Assembly (NCBI GenBank): GCA_041288095.1
Contig: JBGGMJ010000197.1
Span: forward strand, 1-64,000
DNA from: Myxococcota bacterium
GTDB taxonomy: Bacteria > Myxococcota > XYA12-FULL-58-9 > JALHOP01
Direction: 5' to 3'
Length of the DNA stretch: 64,000 nt
The notes below the pieces were generated by a model, which ran no database searches, had not been told where the DNA came from, and saw only the letters and a list, made by a program, of their open reading frames with translations. Made by a program: the position numbers and the translations under genes. Positions 1 to 11,054 of this stretch are shown in pieces (positions within the stretch are counted from its first letter, which is position 1; every line of letters starts with the position of its first letter).

Positions 1-17
1 CCAATCCCCCGTCGCCC

Positions 18-461
18 TCACCCACCAACCTTAGGAACGCGATTGTCGCGGCCACCATGCTCCGCGAGACCGAGGACGAGCCTCGACATCACGCGCTGCA
101 ATTCGCCTATCGCGTCGATCTCGCCGATGGCTTCACTGACCGCGCGCTCGGCTTTCACCAGCTCTTCGTTCGGCTCGGCACCCGCGGCGCGTGTCCGCAG
201 AGCGTTGCGTGCGTCACGCGCCACGCGGTAGTCGGCGAAGCCTTCGAGCATCAGCTCCCGCGAAGCCGACAGGAGCTCTTCGGCAACGCCGAGCTCCTCG
301 GGCGTGACGCCATCGCCATCGTTCGCGAGCATGTCGATGATTCCCTGGAGCTCGGTGTCGTCGACACGTCGATCGCCCGCGTAACACTCGGCGAAGCGAT
401 CTTGAATGCGTTCGGCGATACGCTCGGCCGGGCTACGGCCTGCCATGATGCGCGCGCTCAT
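18..461 (-). CDS. Orphan alpha-helical protein (147 aa), probable paralog of the adjacent upstream gene
   Basis: Its ATG overlaps the TAA of the upstream ORF (TAATG at 459-463). It shares the pattern L-x2-[DG][GD]D-x-[VI]T-x-EE-x6-LL-x2-[ST]R[ED] with 461..898. Confidence 0.7.
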   Translation of the reverse strand: MSARIMAGRSPAERIAERIQDRFAECYAGDRRVDDTELQGIIDMLANDGDGVTPEELGVAEELLSASRELMLEGFADYRVARDARNALRTRAAGAEPNEELVKAERAVSEAIGEIDAIGELQRVMSRLVLGLAEHGGRDNRVPKVGG

Positions 462-898
462 TAGTTGATCCTGCCGCGGCGATCGTCTTCGATGGCACGG
501 TAAACCTGCGACAACGGACTGTGCTGTGCGTAGGCGTAGTTGAGCTGCGCCTCGACGGCGGCGGCCCGGACGCGCAGCGCCCCGATGCGATCGGCCATCC
601 CGGGGACATGCTCGTGAGCCTGAATTTGCGCGCGAAGCTCGCGGAACCGTGTCTCGAGCTCGGGGGTGCTGTCGCGGGTGTCTTGCAACAGACTGATGAC
701 CGCGAACGCCTCTTCGTCCGTGATGACGTCGTCGCCCTCACGGAGCTTCGCCAACATGGCGGCCGCCGCGGACAGCGGAATCGTGCCCTCGCTGGCGTTG
801 TAGGCGCCACGCAGGACGCCATCGATGTTTTCACGCGCGGCAACGACTGCCGGGTCGTTGCGTGAGGGAAGCGGGATCGCTCGAATATTCGCGGTCAT
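461..898 (-). CDS. Orphan alpha-helical protein (about 145 aa, MTANIRAIPLPS...)
   Basis: In-frame ATG at 898 with an AGGTG RBS-like site, downstream of the promoter motif at 942-968. The ORF-track start at 991 lies upstream of that promoter. Confidence 0.65.
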   Translation of the reverse strand: MTANIRAIPLPSRNDPAVVAARENIDGVLRGAYNASEGTIPLSAAAAMLAKLREGDDVITDEEAFAVISLLQDTRDSTPELETRFRELRAQIQAHEHVPGMADRIGALRVRAAAVEAQLNYAYAQHSPLSQVYRAIEDDRRGRIN

Positions 899-941
899 GA
901 CACCAATCACCTGAGCGGCTAGCTCGTTGAAGTGTTCGGAC

Positions 942-968
942 TTATCGGCGGTGACACCGTGTCGTTTC
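942..968 (-). promoter_or_regulatory. sigma28/FliA-like promoter motif GAAAC-N14-GCCGATAA
   Basis: The reverse strand reads GAAAC GACACGGTGTCACC GCCGATAA. The -10 box is identical to the sigma28 consensus. Confidence 0.7.
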
Positions 969-1027
969 GGAAATGAGTGACACGTTGGCACTTTTTGCTA
1001 CCCCGGCGGGCGCGAGTGCCACGACAG

Positions 1028-1057
1028 CAAACACCAGCCGGCGAGTGAGTCCGATAA
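1028..1057 (+). promoter_or_regulatory. sigma28-like promoter motif with a weak -35: CAAAC-N17-TCCGATAA
   Basis: TCCGATAAAG at 1050-1059; the -10 box ends 9 nt before ATG 1067. The -35 spacing is longer than in the other copies. Confidence 0.5.
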
Positions 1058-1066
1058 AGCGCCAAC

Positions 1067-2008
1067 ATGAGCGCATGGAATCCGCGAACGACCTCCCGAC
1101 CTTCGAACGACCACTCGCTGGCGGTGGCTGAGCGACCAGTTGCGCTACCGCTGCTGCAAGGGACCTCTTTGGGTGAGGTCGTGCCGGTGAGAGATGGACC
1201 GATCTCCGCGGCCGTCCACGAACGGGCGTGCGAGCTTGCGACCACCGCCGCGCGAGACGCCGACAAGCTCAAATGGACGGTTGGTCCCGCGGCGAAGGCT
1301 CGAGGCTTCGACGCTTGGCTGCTGGAGGACGAGCCGGGTCCAGCGGTGGTCAAGGTCGGCAGCGCAATCGTCGGCGCCATCGCCTGCCTCGCCGGTAGTT
1401 GCTTGTACGGCTTGGACGGCGTCGTCGCCGGCGCCCATCTTGCCACCGGCGGAGCGGCCGCCCTGGCGTTCGCCGCTTGGACGAGCTCCGTCAAATGGCG
1501 GGTCGAGCGTGCCCTGACCAAGGCACGCAGCCAACGCGTCGAGTCGGCTCAGATCGACAAGCTCCTCCGGCCCTTCCAAGGCGCCACACCCGAAACCCGC
1601 GCCATCGCCGCGAAGGCAATGCGGGAGGAGCTCGCGGCCATAAACACGACATTGTCCGCTAAAGCAGTCGAGCTGCGCGACAGCGTCCTTGTCGTGCAGG
1701 GAGCGCTCCCGGATATCCAGCGTGCCGCCCGACTGGCGGAAGCCCTGGCTACATTGTTACGCAAAGACGCGGGCTACCACCGGAGCAGTCACGCGATCAC
1801 CACGATCTCCGCCTGCCTCGCCGAGGCGACACCAGCCGAGCGGCGCGAGATGGCGACCGCGATCGAGCGTTGCGCATTCGACGGCGAACAGCCGCGCTTC
1901 GCGGTGAACGACGCCCTCGACCTCGAACGCCGCCTGTATAGCGCGATGCGCGCCGCCGAGAACGGCGAGGCCCCCGCGGTGGATGGATCGCGCGCTATCG
2001 CCGGCTAA
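1067..2008 (+). CDS. Orphan protein with a disordered N-terminus, a Gly/Ala-rich hydrophobic hairpin and a helical C-terminus
   Basis: 313-aa ORF. Hydrophobic segment [39 protein letters not shown]. The stop codon overlaps the convergent secA stop. Confidence 0.7.
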   Translation: MSAWNPRTTSRPSNDHSLAVAERPVALPLLQGTSLGEVVPVRDGPISAAVHERACELATTAARDADKLKWTVGPAAKARGFDAWLLEDEPGPAVVKVGSAIVGAIACLAGSCLYGLDGVVAGAHLATGGAAALAFAAWTSSVKWRVERALTKARSQRVESAQIDKLLRPFQGATPETRAIAAKAMREELAAINTTLSAKAVELRDSVLVVQGALPDIQRAARLAEALATLLRKDAGYHRSSHAITTISACLAEATPAERREMATAIERCAFDGEQPRFAVNDALDLERRLYSAMRAAENGEAPAVDGSRAIAG

Positions 2009-4785
2009 GCTCGCCGCCGGTCGCGCTTCTTCTTGTTGGCCGAGACGTCGCGCTTCACCTTCTCGACGACCGACGGACCATCGTCCTCGGGCTCTCCGTT
2101 GTTCGGCTTCGGAGGCTCACCGGGCTTCGCCGTGCTCTGACCCGCGATGGGCTGCGTCGAGGTCGTCCGTGACTGCATGAGCTGCCGCTGGCGGTCGCGC
2201 TGCCGCTCGAGCCGTGCCTGGTACTCATCCTCGGTCTCCTGCGTGATGACGACGCGGAAGGTCTTCTGCAGGACGTCGCCCGTGATGGCGGACATCATGT
2301 TGACGAAGAGGTTGTAGCCCTCTTTCTTGTACTCCTGCTTCGGATCCTTCTGAGCGTAGCCGCGCAGCGAGATGCCTTCGCGCAGGTGGTCCATGTCGCG
2401 CAGGTGCTCTTTCCAGAGCTGATCGATGGTCTGCAGATAGATGATGCGCGAGACGCCGTAATAGCTATCCGAGCCGTACGTCGTTTCCTTCTCGAGCAGC
2501 ACCTTCTCGATGCCGGCGAAGACCGTCTCTTCGATGACCTCGCGGGTCACGTCCTTGAGATCGAGGAGCTTCATCTCGACGTTGAACTGCTCTTTGAGCA
2601 TCAGCTCGAGCTCGTCGAGCTTCCACTGGTCGATGTTGGTCTTCTCGGGGCAGGTCCGCGCCACGATGTTGATGATCACGTCCTCGATGGCGTCGAGGAC
2701 CAGCTCCTTGGTCGCCGCCGCGTCAGCGGACAACACGCGCCGGCGCAGCTTGTAGACCGCGATGCGCTGATCGTTCATGACGTCGTCGTATTCGAGCAGA
2801 TGCTTGCGAATGTCGAAGTTGTGGCCTTCGACGCGACGCTGCGCATTCTCGATGCTGCGGTTCACCAGCGGGTGCTGGATGACCTCGCCCTCTTTCATGC
2901 CGAGGGTTTCCATGATGGCGGTGATGCGCTCGCCGCCAAAGATGCGCATGAGGTCGTCTTCGAGCGACAGATAGAAACGCGAGGTACCCGGGTCGCCTTG
3001 GCGGCCCGAGCGGCCACGGAGCTGGTTGTCGATACGCCGTGACTCGTGGCGCTCGCTACCGATGACGCACAAGCCGCCGGCGGTACGCACTTCGTTCTTC
3101 TCGGCGTCACATTGCGCTTGGTACTTGGCGATGAGGGCCGGGAGCTGCGCCTCGGTCTCCGGCGTCGCTTCTGCCTTCGCCAAGAACTCGGGGTTACCGC
3201 CGAGCAAGATGTCGGTACCGCGGCCCGCCATGTTGGTGGCGATGGTGACGGCGCCCTTGCGCCCGGCCTGCGCGATGATCTCCGCTTCTTGGCGGTGGTA
3301 CTTCGCGTTCAAGACGTTGTGCGGGATCTTGAGCTTCTTGAGCTCGCGCGACAGCACTTCGCTCTTCTCGACGCTGGTGGTGCCGACGAGAATGGGCTGC
3401 CCCTTGGCGGTGCGCTCCTGGATGTCCTTCGAGATGGCGCCGAACTTCTCGCGCTCGCTCTTGAAGATGAGATCGTCGGCGTCGTCGCGAACCATGGCGC
3501 GGTTGGTCGGGACCGCCACGACCTCGAGGTCGTAGATCTTCGCGAATTCTTCCGCCTCGGTCATGGCCGTACCGGTCATGCCGCCGAGCTTCATGAACAT
3601 GCGGAAGTAGTTCTGGTAGGTGATGGTCGCGAGCGTCTGGTTCTCGTTCTCGATCTTGACGCCCTCTTTGGCCTCGACCGCCTGGTGCAAGCCGTCCGAC
3701 CAGCGGCGCCCTTCGAGGACGCGACCGGTGAACTCGTCGATGATCTTCACCTTGCCCTCTTCGACCATGTAGTCGACGTCGCGGCGGTACAGGGTGTGCG
3801 CGCGCAAACCTTGGTTCACGTGGTGCAGGATCTCGATGTTGTCGGGCGCATAGAGGTTGTCGACGCCGAGCTTCTTCTCGGCCGTCTCGATGCCGCGCTC
3901 CGTTAAAACGACAGTGCGCGACTTCTCGTCGATGGTGTAGTCGACCTCGCGCTTGAGCGCCGGGATGGCGGCGTTGATGCGGCCGTATTTGTCCGTCGAC
4001 TCTTCCGAGGGGCCGCTGATGATGAGCGGCGTGCGCGCTTCGTCGATCAGGATGGAGTCGACTTCGTCGACGATCGAGAAGTGATGACCGCGTTGCACGT
4101 AGTCGCTCAAGAAGAGCTTCATGTTGTCGCGCAGGTAGTCGAAACCGAACTCGCTGTTGGTACCGTAGGTAATGGGCAGCGCGTACATCGCCTTGCGCTG
4201 GGAGTCGGAGAGCCCGTGCACGATGAGGCCGGTCTCGAGGCCGAGGAAGCGATAGAGCTGACCCATCCACTGCGAGTCACGGGTCGCGAGGTATTCGTTC
4301 ACCGTGACCACGTGCACACCGCGGCCCGCGATAGCGTTCAAGTACACCGGCAGCGTGGCGACCAGCGTCTTGCCTTCGCCGGTCTTCATCTCCGCGATCT
4401 TGCCTTCGTGCAGCACCATGCCGCCCATCAGCTGGACGTCGAAGTGCCGCATGTTGAGCACGCGCCTGCCCGCCTCGCGACAGACCGCGAAGGCTTCAGG
4501 CAAGATGGTCTCGAGCGCCGCGTCGACGAGCTTACGCTCGGCCTTCACCTCGGCCTTGGGCCCCTCGGTGATGATCTTCGTCGGGTCGCCGCCGAGCTGC
4601 TTGAAGGCCTGCTCGTATTTGGCGCGCAGCTCGCCGGTCTTGGCGCGGAGCTGGTCATCCGGCAGCGCCCGCATCTTGGCGTCGAGGGTGCTGATGCTCT
4701 GCACCTTGGCCGTAAGGCGCGTGACTTCACGCTCGTTTTTGGTCGGAATCAGCTTTCCGATGAATCCCTGGCGCCACCACGACAT
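2005..4785 (-). CDS. secA: Preprotein translocase ATPase SecA
   Basis: Motifs [45 protein letters not shown] and [21 protein letters not shown] 4785 has a GGAG RBS. Confidence 0.98.
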   Translation of the reverse strand: MSWWRQGFIGKLIPTKNEREVTRLTAKVQSISTLDAKMRALPDDQLRAKTGELRAKYEQAFKQLGGDPTKIITEGPKAEVKAERKLVDAALETILPEAFAVCREAGRRVLNMRHFDVQLMGGMVLHEGKIAEMKTGEGKTLVATLPVYLNAIAGRGVHVVTVNEYLATRDSQWMGQLYRFLGLETGLIVHGLSDSQRKAMYALPITYGTNSEFGFDYLRDNMKLFLSDYVQRGHHFSIVDEVDSILIDEARTPLIISGPSEESTDKYGRINAAIPALKREVDYTIDEKSRTVVLTERGIETAEKKLGVDNLYAPDNIEILHHVNQGLRAHTLYRRDVDYMVEEGKVKIIDEFTGRVLEGRRWSDGLHQAVEAKEGVKIENENQTLATITYQNYFRMFMKLGGMTGTAMTEAEEFAKIYDLEVVAVPTNRAMVRDDADDLIFKSEREKFGAISKDIQERTAKGQPILVGTTSVEKSEVLSRELKKLKIPHNVLNAKYHRQEAEIIAQAGRKGAVTIATNMAGRGTDILLGGNPEFLAKAEATPETEAQLPALIAKYQAQCDAEKNEVRTAGGLCVIGSERHESRRIDNQLRGRSGRQGDPGTSRFYLSLEDDLMRIFGGERITAIMETLGMKEGEVIQHPLVNRSIENAQRRVEGHNFDIRKHLLEYDDVMNDQRIAVYKLRRRVLSADAAATKELVLDAIEDVIINIVARTCPEKTNIDQWKLDELELMLKEQFNVEMKLLDLKDVTREVIEETVFAGIEKVLLEKETTYGSDSYYGVSRIIYLQTIDQLWKEHLRDMDHLREGISLRGYAQKDPKQEYKKEGYNLFVNMMSAITGDVLQKTFRVVITQETEDEYQARLERQRDRQRQLMQSRTTSTQPIAGQSTAKPGEPPKPNNGEPEDDGPSVVEKVKRDVSANKKKRDRRRA

Positions 4786-4817
4786 TGTCTGCTCCAAAAA
4801 CGCGCAAAAGGCGCGCG

Positions 4818-4847
4818 AAGCTACGCGCCTGGCTATCTAATGGTCAA
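4818..4847 (-). promoter_or_regulatory. Possible sigma70 promoter of secA (TTGACC-N18-TAGCTT), overlapping a small hairpin at 4809-4830
   Basis: Hexamers read directly on the reverse strand. Confidence 0.35.
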
Positions 4848-4881
4848 GGCGTCCCGGCTATGCCGGCGACGCGATCACCCG

Positions 4882-6807
4882 CTAGCGGGCCACCTTCTCG
4901 TGTAGCTCTTCGACGGTGTCGACCAGGGCCCCGTAGAGCTCGGCCTGGCGGATACGCTCGGCGACCGGGTCCTTGCTCTTCACTTTGTACTTGGCCTGGG
5001 TCGCGTGCATTTTCTTGTAGAGCACGAGCGCGCCTTCCATGCGCGACAAGAGCGACGGGTCGGCGGTGACCGCCTTCTCGATGGCGTCGATGTGCTCGTT
5101 GAGCTCGGCGAAGGTGGGCTTGCCGCCGCTGCTCTTCGGCGTGGCGCGCACGACCTCTTCGGCGCGACTGGGCGGCGGAGTGTCACTCGTGGTCACAGCC
5201 GGCCTGGCTGTCGGCCGATCGGCGCTCACGGTCGTGGGCGGACGATCGCTGGTCGTGGTTGTCGGCCGCGCGCCCTGCGGGTCGGCCTTTGGCTGCGCGT
5301 CCGCTTTAGCAGTCTCGCCGCCGCTATCGGCACCAGCGCTCTTGGCGCGCGCTTCGGCCTGCGCTTGGAGCTTTGCGGCTTCGGCCTGAGCGGCGGCCAC
5401 GGCCTCCTGGGCTTTCTGAGCCTGGGCGGCGGCGTTCACGGATGCGACGCTGGCGCGCACGAGGCCGATGGCGCTCCAAGCAGTGCTCGCGACGAGCAGC
5501 ACGCCTAAGACCATGATGATCTTGGGCACGAGGTCCATCACCCTGAAGTGCCCGTGCCAGGCATACATGATGTAGAGCGAGACCAGTCCGGCGCCCGTGG
5601 TCAGCACCAACGGCACGATTTGGATGAACGGCCCAACGACGGGCACACCCGCCAAGAGAGCGAACAGAACTCCAACGCCCGCGACGATCTGAGTGAGCGC
5701 GACGCCGGTATAGAGCGCCACGAACATGTTCGTGCGGCCACGCGGATTCGACTCTCCTTTGAGCAGGCGAATCCACCAATCGACCAGCGGGTGCCAGATC
5801 CAGCCGGCGACGACGCAACCGATGACCACGCCGATGGCGCCGGTGATGATCGGGCGGATGATCGCGCCGACCCCGAAGGTGTGCGTCACAAGCGACAAGA
5901 TGATGGTGGCGATCAGCGTGATAATGGCGCCGAGGATGAGCGGCGGGGCCGCCCAGACGACGAGGTCCATCTTGTCGAGCGGCGGGAATGGTTGCTCGGC
6001 GATGAGTTGCTGCGTGGCGCGCACCGGGCCAAAGACGAGCTTGGGCACCGCGCCCATGTAGTAGGCGAGGGCCTGCCCGAAGCCGCCTTGAACGTCCCTG
6101 CTGTTGAACCCCGCGCCGAGACTCGAGACCTCACGGTCGTCCTCGGAGAGCTCGTCGTTCATCGAAATTTCGCGGCGCCGAGGGCCGCTCTCGCGGAGCG
6201 AACCCGAGTCGCGGCGGCCCTCGAGCGAGCCCGAGTCGCGTCGCTCGTCCGAGTCCGAGTCACGCCCCTCAAGAGTGTTGGAGTCGCGGCGGCCCTTGGC
6301 GCGCCGGGGCGATTCGCCTTCGGCATCCTGGGCCACCGGCGGGTGGCGGTGAATCGAGCTGCCTTCGGCCAGCTGCTCCGCGTCGAGGGGGTCCTCTGGA
6401 TCCTCCTGCATCACGGTGCGCGCTTGCTGCATGGCGCGTGGGGCTTCGCCCTTGGGCGCGGCCTTGCCGGCATTCTTCTGCTCGTAGAGCGCGGTCGCCT
6501 CGCCCGCGCTGACGCCATTGGTCGCGACGGAAACGCGGAACTTGTACTTGTGCAGCGCGATGACGATGCCGTCTTTGAGCTCGAGCTCGCCGCGCAGGCG
6601 TGTGCCTTCGACGAAGGTGCCGTTCGAGGAGTTGGTGTCTTCGATGAAGTAGCGGCCGGAGCGCGCGAAAATGCGCGCGTGCGCACCGGAAACACCGGGG
6701 TCCGGAATGGTGATGCTGGAGCGGCGCGAATCGCGGCCGAGGGTTGCGCCGGCCGCGTCGATGGTGTGCGACTCTTCGGTTTGCAGGTCCTCTAGGCGGA
6801 GCTCCAT
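4882..6807 (-). CDS. FHA domain / Yip1-like multi-pass membrane protein
   Basis: N-terminal FHA (LGR...VSGAHARI...DTNSSNGTFV), a charged linker, about 5 TM helices after LVFGPVRATQQL, and an Ala/Pro/Thr-rich C-terminal region. Confidence 0.8.
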   Translation of the reverse strand: MELRLEDLQTEESHTIDAAGATLGRDSRRSSITIPDPGVSGAHARIFARSGRYFIEDTNSSNGTFVEGTRLRGELELKDGIVIALHKYKFRVSVATNGVSAGEATALYEQKNAGKAAPKGEAPRAMQQARTVMQEDPEDPLDAEQLAEGSSIHRHPPVAQDAEGESPRRAKGRRDSNTLEGRDSDSDERRDSGSLEGRRDSGSLRESGPRRREISMNDELSEDDREVSSLGAGFNSRDVQGGFGQALAYYMGAVPKLVFGPVRATQQLIAEQPFPPLDKMDLVVWAAPPLILGAIITLIATIILSLVTHTFGVGAIIRPIITGAIGVVIGCVVAGWIWHPLVDWWIRLLKGESNPRGRTNMFVALYTGVALTQIVAGVGVLFALLAGVPVVGPFIQIVPLVLTTGAGLVSLYIMYAWHGHFRVMDLVPKIIMVLGVLLVASTAWSAIGLVRASVASVNAAAQAQKAQEAVAAAQAEAAKLQAQAEARAKSAGADSGGETAKADAQPKADPQGARPTTTTSDRPPTTVSADRPTARPAVTTSDTPPPSRAEEVVRATPKSSGGKPTFAELNEHIDAIEKAVTADPSLLSRMEGALVLYKKMHATQAKYKVKSKDPVAERIRQAELYGALVDTVEELHEKVAR

Positions 6808-6905
6808 CGCCGGGAGGTTAGCCGACCTAAGCCGCTAATAACAAAGAAAACCAGTGCGACGCACTGCGTTAAAAAGAGCTCGGTTTGGCGTAGCGGATCG
6901 GCCGC

Positions 6906-7436
6906 CTAATTTTCCTCGCGCCGTGTACGTGCCGACCGCACGCTCGACCACTGGTCGCCCTCGAAAATATCGTCATCGGTGGCAACGGCTTCGACGGCGC
7001 TCTCGTGCGCGGCGAGGATCGCCTGGTAGGTGTCGCTGTCGAGCTGACCGCTCCGCGGCATGTCGTGCTCGTCTTGGAATTCCGCTATCGCGTTGCGCGT
7101 CGCCGGGCCCCAGACGCCGTCTATGCCGTCGCCCCCACCACCACGGCCACGACCGCTGACGTCGTAGCCCAAGGCGACGAGCGCCACTTGAATATCGTGC
7201 AGGCGCAGACGCGCTTGCTCGAGGTCATTGGGGTTCGCTTCGCTGGCTCGCAGATAGCCACTCGCCGCGGCGCCGATGCTCGTCGCCATCATGGCGACAT
7301 CGGTGAAGCCCGGCGGCTCGTCGTCGATGCGGTCGTCTGGGAGCTCACGTGAGCTAGGCAGCTGGGAGATCACTGGCCCCCCGGAGTCTGATCGGTCGTC
7401 GAGCTTCCCGTCGCGGTCGTTTCGGTGCCGTCCCAT
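6906..7436 (-). CDS. Peptidoglycan-binding (PG_binding_1) domain protein
   Basis: IQVALVALGY...IDGVWGPATRNAIAEFQ...GQLDSDT. GGAGG RBS. Confidence 0.8.
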   Translation of the reverse strand: MGRHRNDRDGKLDDRSDSGGPVISQLPSSRELPDDRIDDEPPGFTDVAMMATSIGAAASGYLRASEANPNDLEQARLRLHDIQVALVALGYDVSGRGRGGGGDGIDGVWGPATRNAIAEFQDEHDMPRSGQLDSDTYQAILAAHESAVEAVATDDDIFEGDQWSSVRSARTRREEN

Positions 7437-7532
7437 GTGCCCCTCCGTATATCAAGGTCGCCATCGAAGACCGGAAGCGCAACCGCCACACGTACTGTAC
7501 CGAGATGTAAAGCCGATGCTATGTCATGCGCT

Positions 7533-8546
7533 ATGCCAGGCTCCGCGAGCGACGATTCTGCCGCGATTCTAGCGCGCGTTACGCGCAGCGGCGAGCCAGA
7601 ATCGCTCCATCGCGGCAGCGTCGTCATCACCAAGGATGACGCGGTGTTGCATGCATGGGGTAACCCCGACACGCCGGTCTTCACACGGTCGGCGGTGAAG
7701 CCCTTCCAGATGTTGCCGTTTCTCGAGCGTGGTCTCGCTGACCGCTATGGCGTATCACCGGCCGAGCTCGCGGTGCTCGTCGCGAGCCATAGCGGCACTC
7801 CCGAGCACGTCGCCATCGTACGCGGCTTGATGAAGAAGCTCGGGGTCGAAGAAGGCGAGCTACGCTGCGGACCGCACGCGCCGTACGACGTGCAGGCGAG
7901 CATCGCCATCGCTCGCGCCGGTGAGAAGCCGAAGCCGGTGCACAACAACTGCTCGGGAAAACACGTCGGCTTCGTGCGCTTGGCGCGCGAGCTGGGCACC
8001 GACGTCGAGCGCTACCTCGACCCCGCGACGCCCGCGCAGCTCGAAGTGAAAGCGGCGGTCAGGACCATGACCGGCGCGGCCGAGGGTGATCTGTTCGTCG
8101 GCATCGACGGCTGCGGTGCGCCCACCTTTCGTATGCCGCTGGTGGCGCTGGCGCGTGGCTTCGGACGACTCGCGACGCCGACCGGCTGTCCGCCCCAGCG
8201 CGTCGCGGCCCTGCGCGCGATGCTCGGGGCGGTGACCGCCTTTCCTCGCGTGTTCTCGGGCGCCGGGCGCTTGGAGGAGGCATTGCTCACCGCCCTCCCC
8301 GGCAGGATTTTCCCCAAGAACGGCGCCGAAGGCATCTACGCTATCGGCCTTGCCGGCACCGGCTTAGGGGTAGCCATCAAGGTGGACGACGGTAACGAGC
8401 GTGGCTACTTCCCGGTGGTCGTGGCGCTTCTGCAGCGCTTGGGCGTCATCTCCGACGTCCCCGAAGTCCTCGAGCGCTTTCGTAGACTACCGATCGTGAA
8501 CACTCAGAAGTTGGTCGTCGGACACGTCGAGAGCGCGCTCTCTTGA
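7533..8546 (+). CDS. L-asparaginase II family protein (class 3, Rhizobium etli type)
   Basis: Motifs RSAVKPFQ, SHSG, NNCSGKH, DGCGAP and KNGAEG. Start placed at ATG 7533 (alternative 7521). Confidence 0.88.
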   Translation: MPGSASDDSAAILARVTRSGEPESLHRGSVVITKDDAVLHAWGNPDTPVFTRSAVKPFQMLPFLERGLADRYGVSPAELAVLVASHSGTPEHVAIVRGLMKKLGVEEGELRCGPHAPYDVQASIAIARAGEKPKPVHNNCSGKHVGFVRLARELGTDVERYLDPATPAQLEVKAAVRTMTGAAEGDLFVGIDGCGAPTFRMPLVALARGFGRLATPTGCPPQRVAALRAMLGAVTAFPRVFSGAGRLEEALLTALPGRIFPKNGAEGIYAIGLAGTGLGVAIKVDDGNERGYFPVVVALLQRLGVISDVPEVLERFRRLPIVNTQKLVVGHVESALS

Positions 8547-8553
8547 GAGACCC

Positions 8554-9378
<825 letters not shown>

Positions 9379-9387
9379 AGCTCTCGC

Positions 9388-10416
9388 TTGTCCCGCCTGG
9401 TGCTGCTTGCTGTCCGTTGCTTCGCGGTGGCGCTGGCCATGCGGGCGCACGCGGCCGAGGCCAGCCTCGCGCTCCCCGAGCCGCTCGTCACCTTGCTGGC
9501 GAGCGGCAAGTGGGACGCGACACCGCGCGGCTTTCGCATCATCACGCTGTCGTTCATCGCGGACGGCTGCGCCGCCGAAGCACGCGCCGGCGCCGCCAAG
9601 CGCGCCGCCGCGACGCGCTGCATCGACGACGCGCTCGAGCTCGCGAAAAAGGACAGGCCCAGCGGGCTCGACGTCGACCGCGCCGACGCCGGGCTCTGGC
9701 TCGCCCACTACGCGCTCATCCTCGGGAGCCGCGATACGGCTGCCGCAAGCTGCGCCGACGCCGGTGAGCATCGCCGCGTCACCGATGCCTTGGCCAAGCG
9801 CTCGCTAGCCGAACCGACGGCGCATGCTCCGTCGTTCGCCGGCAAGCCAGAGCGCTATCCAGCGGATCAAGCCGCGGTGCTCGCGGCCCTCGCCCGCCAC
9901 GACCGCGCCCACGGCACGAGCCTCGCGACCGAGCCTGCCGCCCGCTACGACGCCTATCTCGTCGAGCACACCGACGCCGAGACCGGCCTCCCTTGGTCGC
10001 AGGTCGCCGGCAAGTCGGCTGCTGGCAAGCTCCCGCGCGGCTGCGCCCTGTCGTGGCAGACCCGCTATCTCGCCGAGGTATTGCCCGCACGCGCCGCCCG
10101 CGATTGGCAACTCTACTTGAAGCACTACCTTTTCGACGCCGGTGTGCTCGTCGGCATGCGTGAGTGGCCTCCGGGGCGCGACCGGCCGGCTGACATCGAC
10201 TCGGGGCCAATCGTGCGCGGTGTCGGCACGGCCGCCAGCGCCCTCGCCATTGCCGCCGCCCGCCGCATGGGTGACGACACTCTAGCGTTGCGCCTGGAAG
10301 CCTCCGCTGCGAGTGTCATGGCCCTGGCCGCCGCCGATCCCGCGATCACCGCGAGCAGCCACACCAAGATCGCCGAAGCCATCCGCTATCTCGGACACGT
10401 GGAGAGAAAGGACTAA
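9388..10416 (+). CDS. Exported (alpha/alpha)-barrel protein, linalool dehydratase/isomerase-like domain
   Basis: Signal peptide ending AHA-A. Motifs YPADQ, PRGCALSW and REWPPG...DIDSGP recall LDI-domain proteins (from memory, not searched). Confidence 0.5.
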   Translation: MSRLVLLAVRCFAVALAMRAHAAEASLALPEPLVTLLASGKWDATPRGFRIITLSFIADGCAAEARAGAAKRAAATRCIDDALELAKKDRPSGLDVDRADAGLWLAHYALILGSRDTAAASCADAGEHRRVTDALAKRSLAEPTAHAPSFAGKPERYPADQAAVLAALARHDRAHGTSLATEPAARYDAYLVEHTDAETGLPWSQVAGKSAAGKLPRGCALSWQTRYLAEVLPARAARDWQLYLKHYLFDAGVLVGMREWPPGRDRPADIDSGPIVRGVGTAASALAIAAARRMGDDTLALRLEASAASVMALAAADPAITASSHTKIAEAIRYLGHVERKD

Positions 10417-10421
10417 CCGTC

Positions 10422-11054
10422 ATGTCGAATCACGACGATCAGCTCAAAGGCAGCGAAGCGCGCTTGTGGCGGCTCATCTCCGAGCGCAGCCAACCTGGAT
10501 CGGACCCGCGCGAGATCGACGAGCGCATCTGGGACCTGTTCGGCGACGACTGGTCGATCATGTTCACCGACCTCTCCGGATTTTCGCGCCAGGTCGCGAA
10601 GTTCGGGATCATCCACTTCCTGCAGGTCATCCACGAGCAAAAGGCGCTGCTCTTGCCGATCGTCGCCGACCACGACGGCATCCTCATCAAGATCGAAGCC
10701 GACAGCTTCCTCATCATCTTCAAGCGAGCACGAACCGCCGTGCAGTGCGCCATCGCCATGCAGCACGCCTGTCAGAACTTGAACGCCCGCCGCGCGCCCG
10801 AAGAGCAGGTGCTCCTGTGCGTCGGTATCGGCTCCGGACGCGTCCTGCGCATCGGCGACGTCGACGTCTACGGCGCCGAGGTGAATGCCGCGAGTAAGCT
10901 CGGCGAGGACACCGCCAAAGCGAACGAGATCCTCGTCACACAGAAGGCGCGCGATCAGGTCCAGGATCTACTGGGCGTGACCTTCGAGCCCATCGACGCC
11001 GTGGTGCCCGGCAGCGAGAAGAACTTCAAGGTGCTCTACGAGCACGCTCGCTAG
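10422..11054 (+). CDS. Stand-alone class III adenylate/guanylate cyclase domain protein
   Basis: MFTDLSGFS, KIEADS, GIGSG, DVYGAEVNAASKL. Confidence 0.88.
   Translation: MSNHDDQLKGSEARLWRLISERSQPGSDPREIDERIWDLFGDDWSIMFTDLSGFSRQVAKFGIIHFLQVIHEQKALLLPIVADHDGILIKIEADSFLIIFKRARTAVQCAIAMQHACQNLNARRAPEEQVLLCVGIGSGRVLRIGDVDVYGAEVNAASKLGEDTAKANEILVTQKARDQVQDLLGVTFEPIDAVVPGSEKNFKVLYEHAR

Noticed and set aside
986..1021. TGGCAC...TTGC sigma54-like site and a 7-bp inverted repeat TGGCACT/AGTGCCA
   Set aside because: The GG-to-GC spacing is 8 rather than 10, and the inverted repeat is too short to call on its own.
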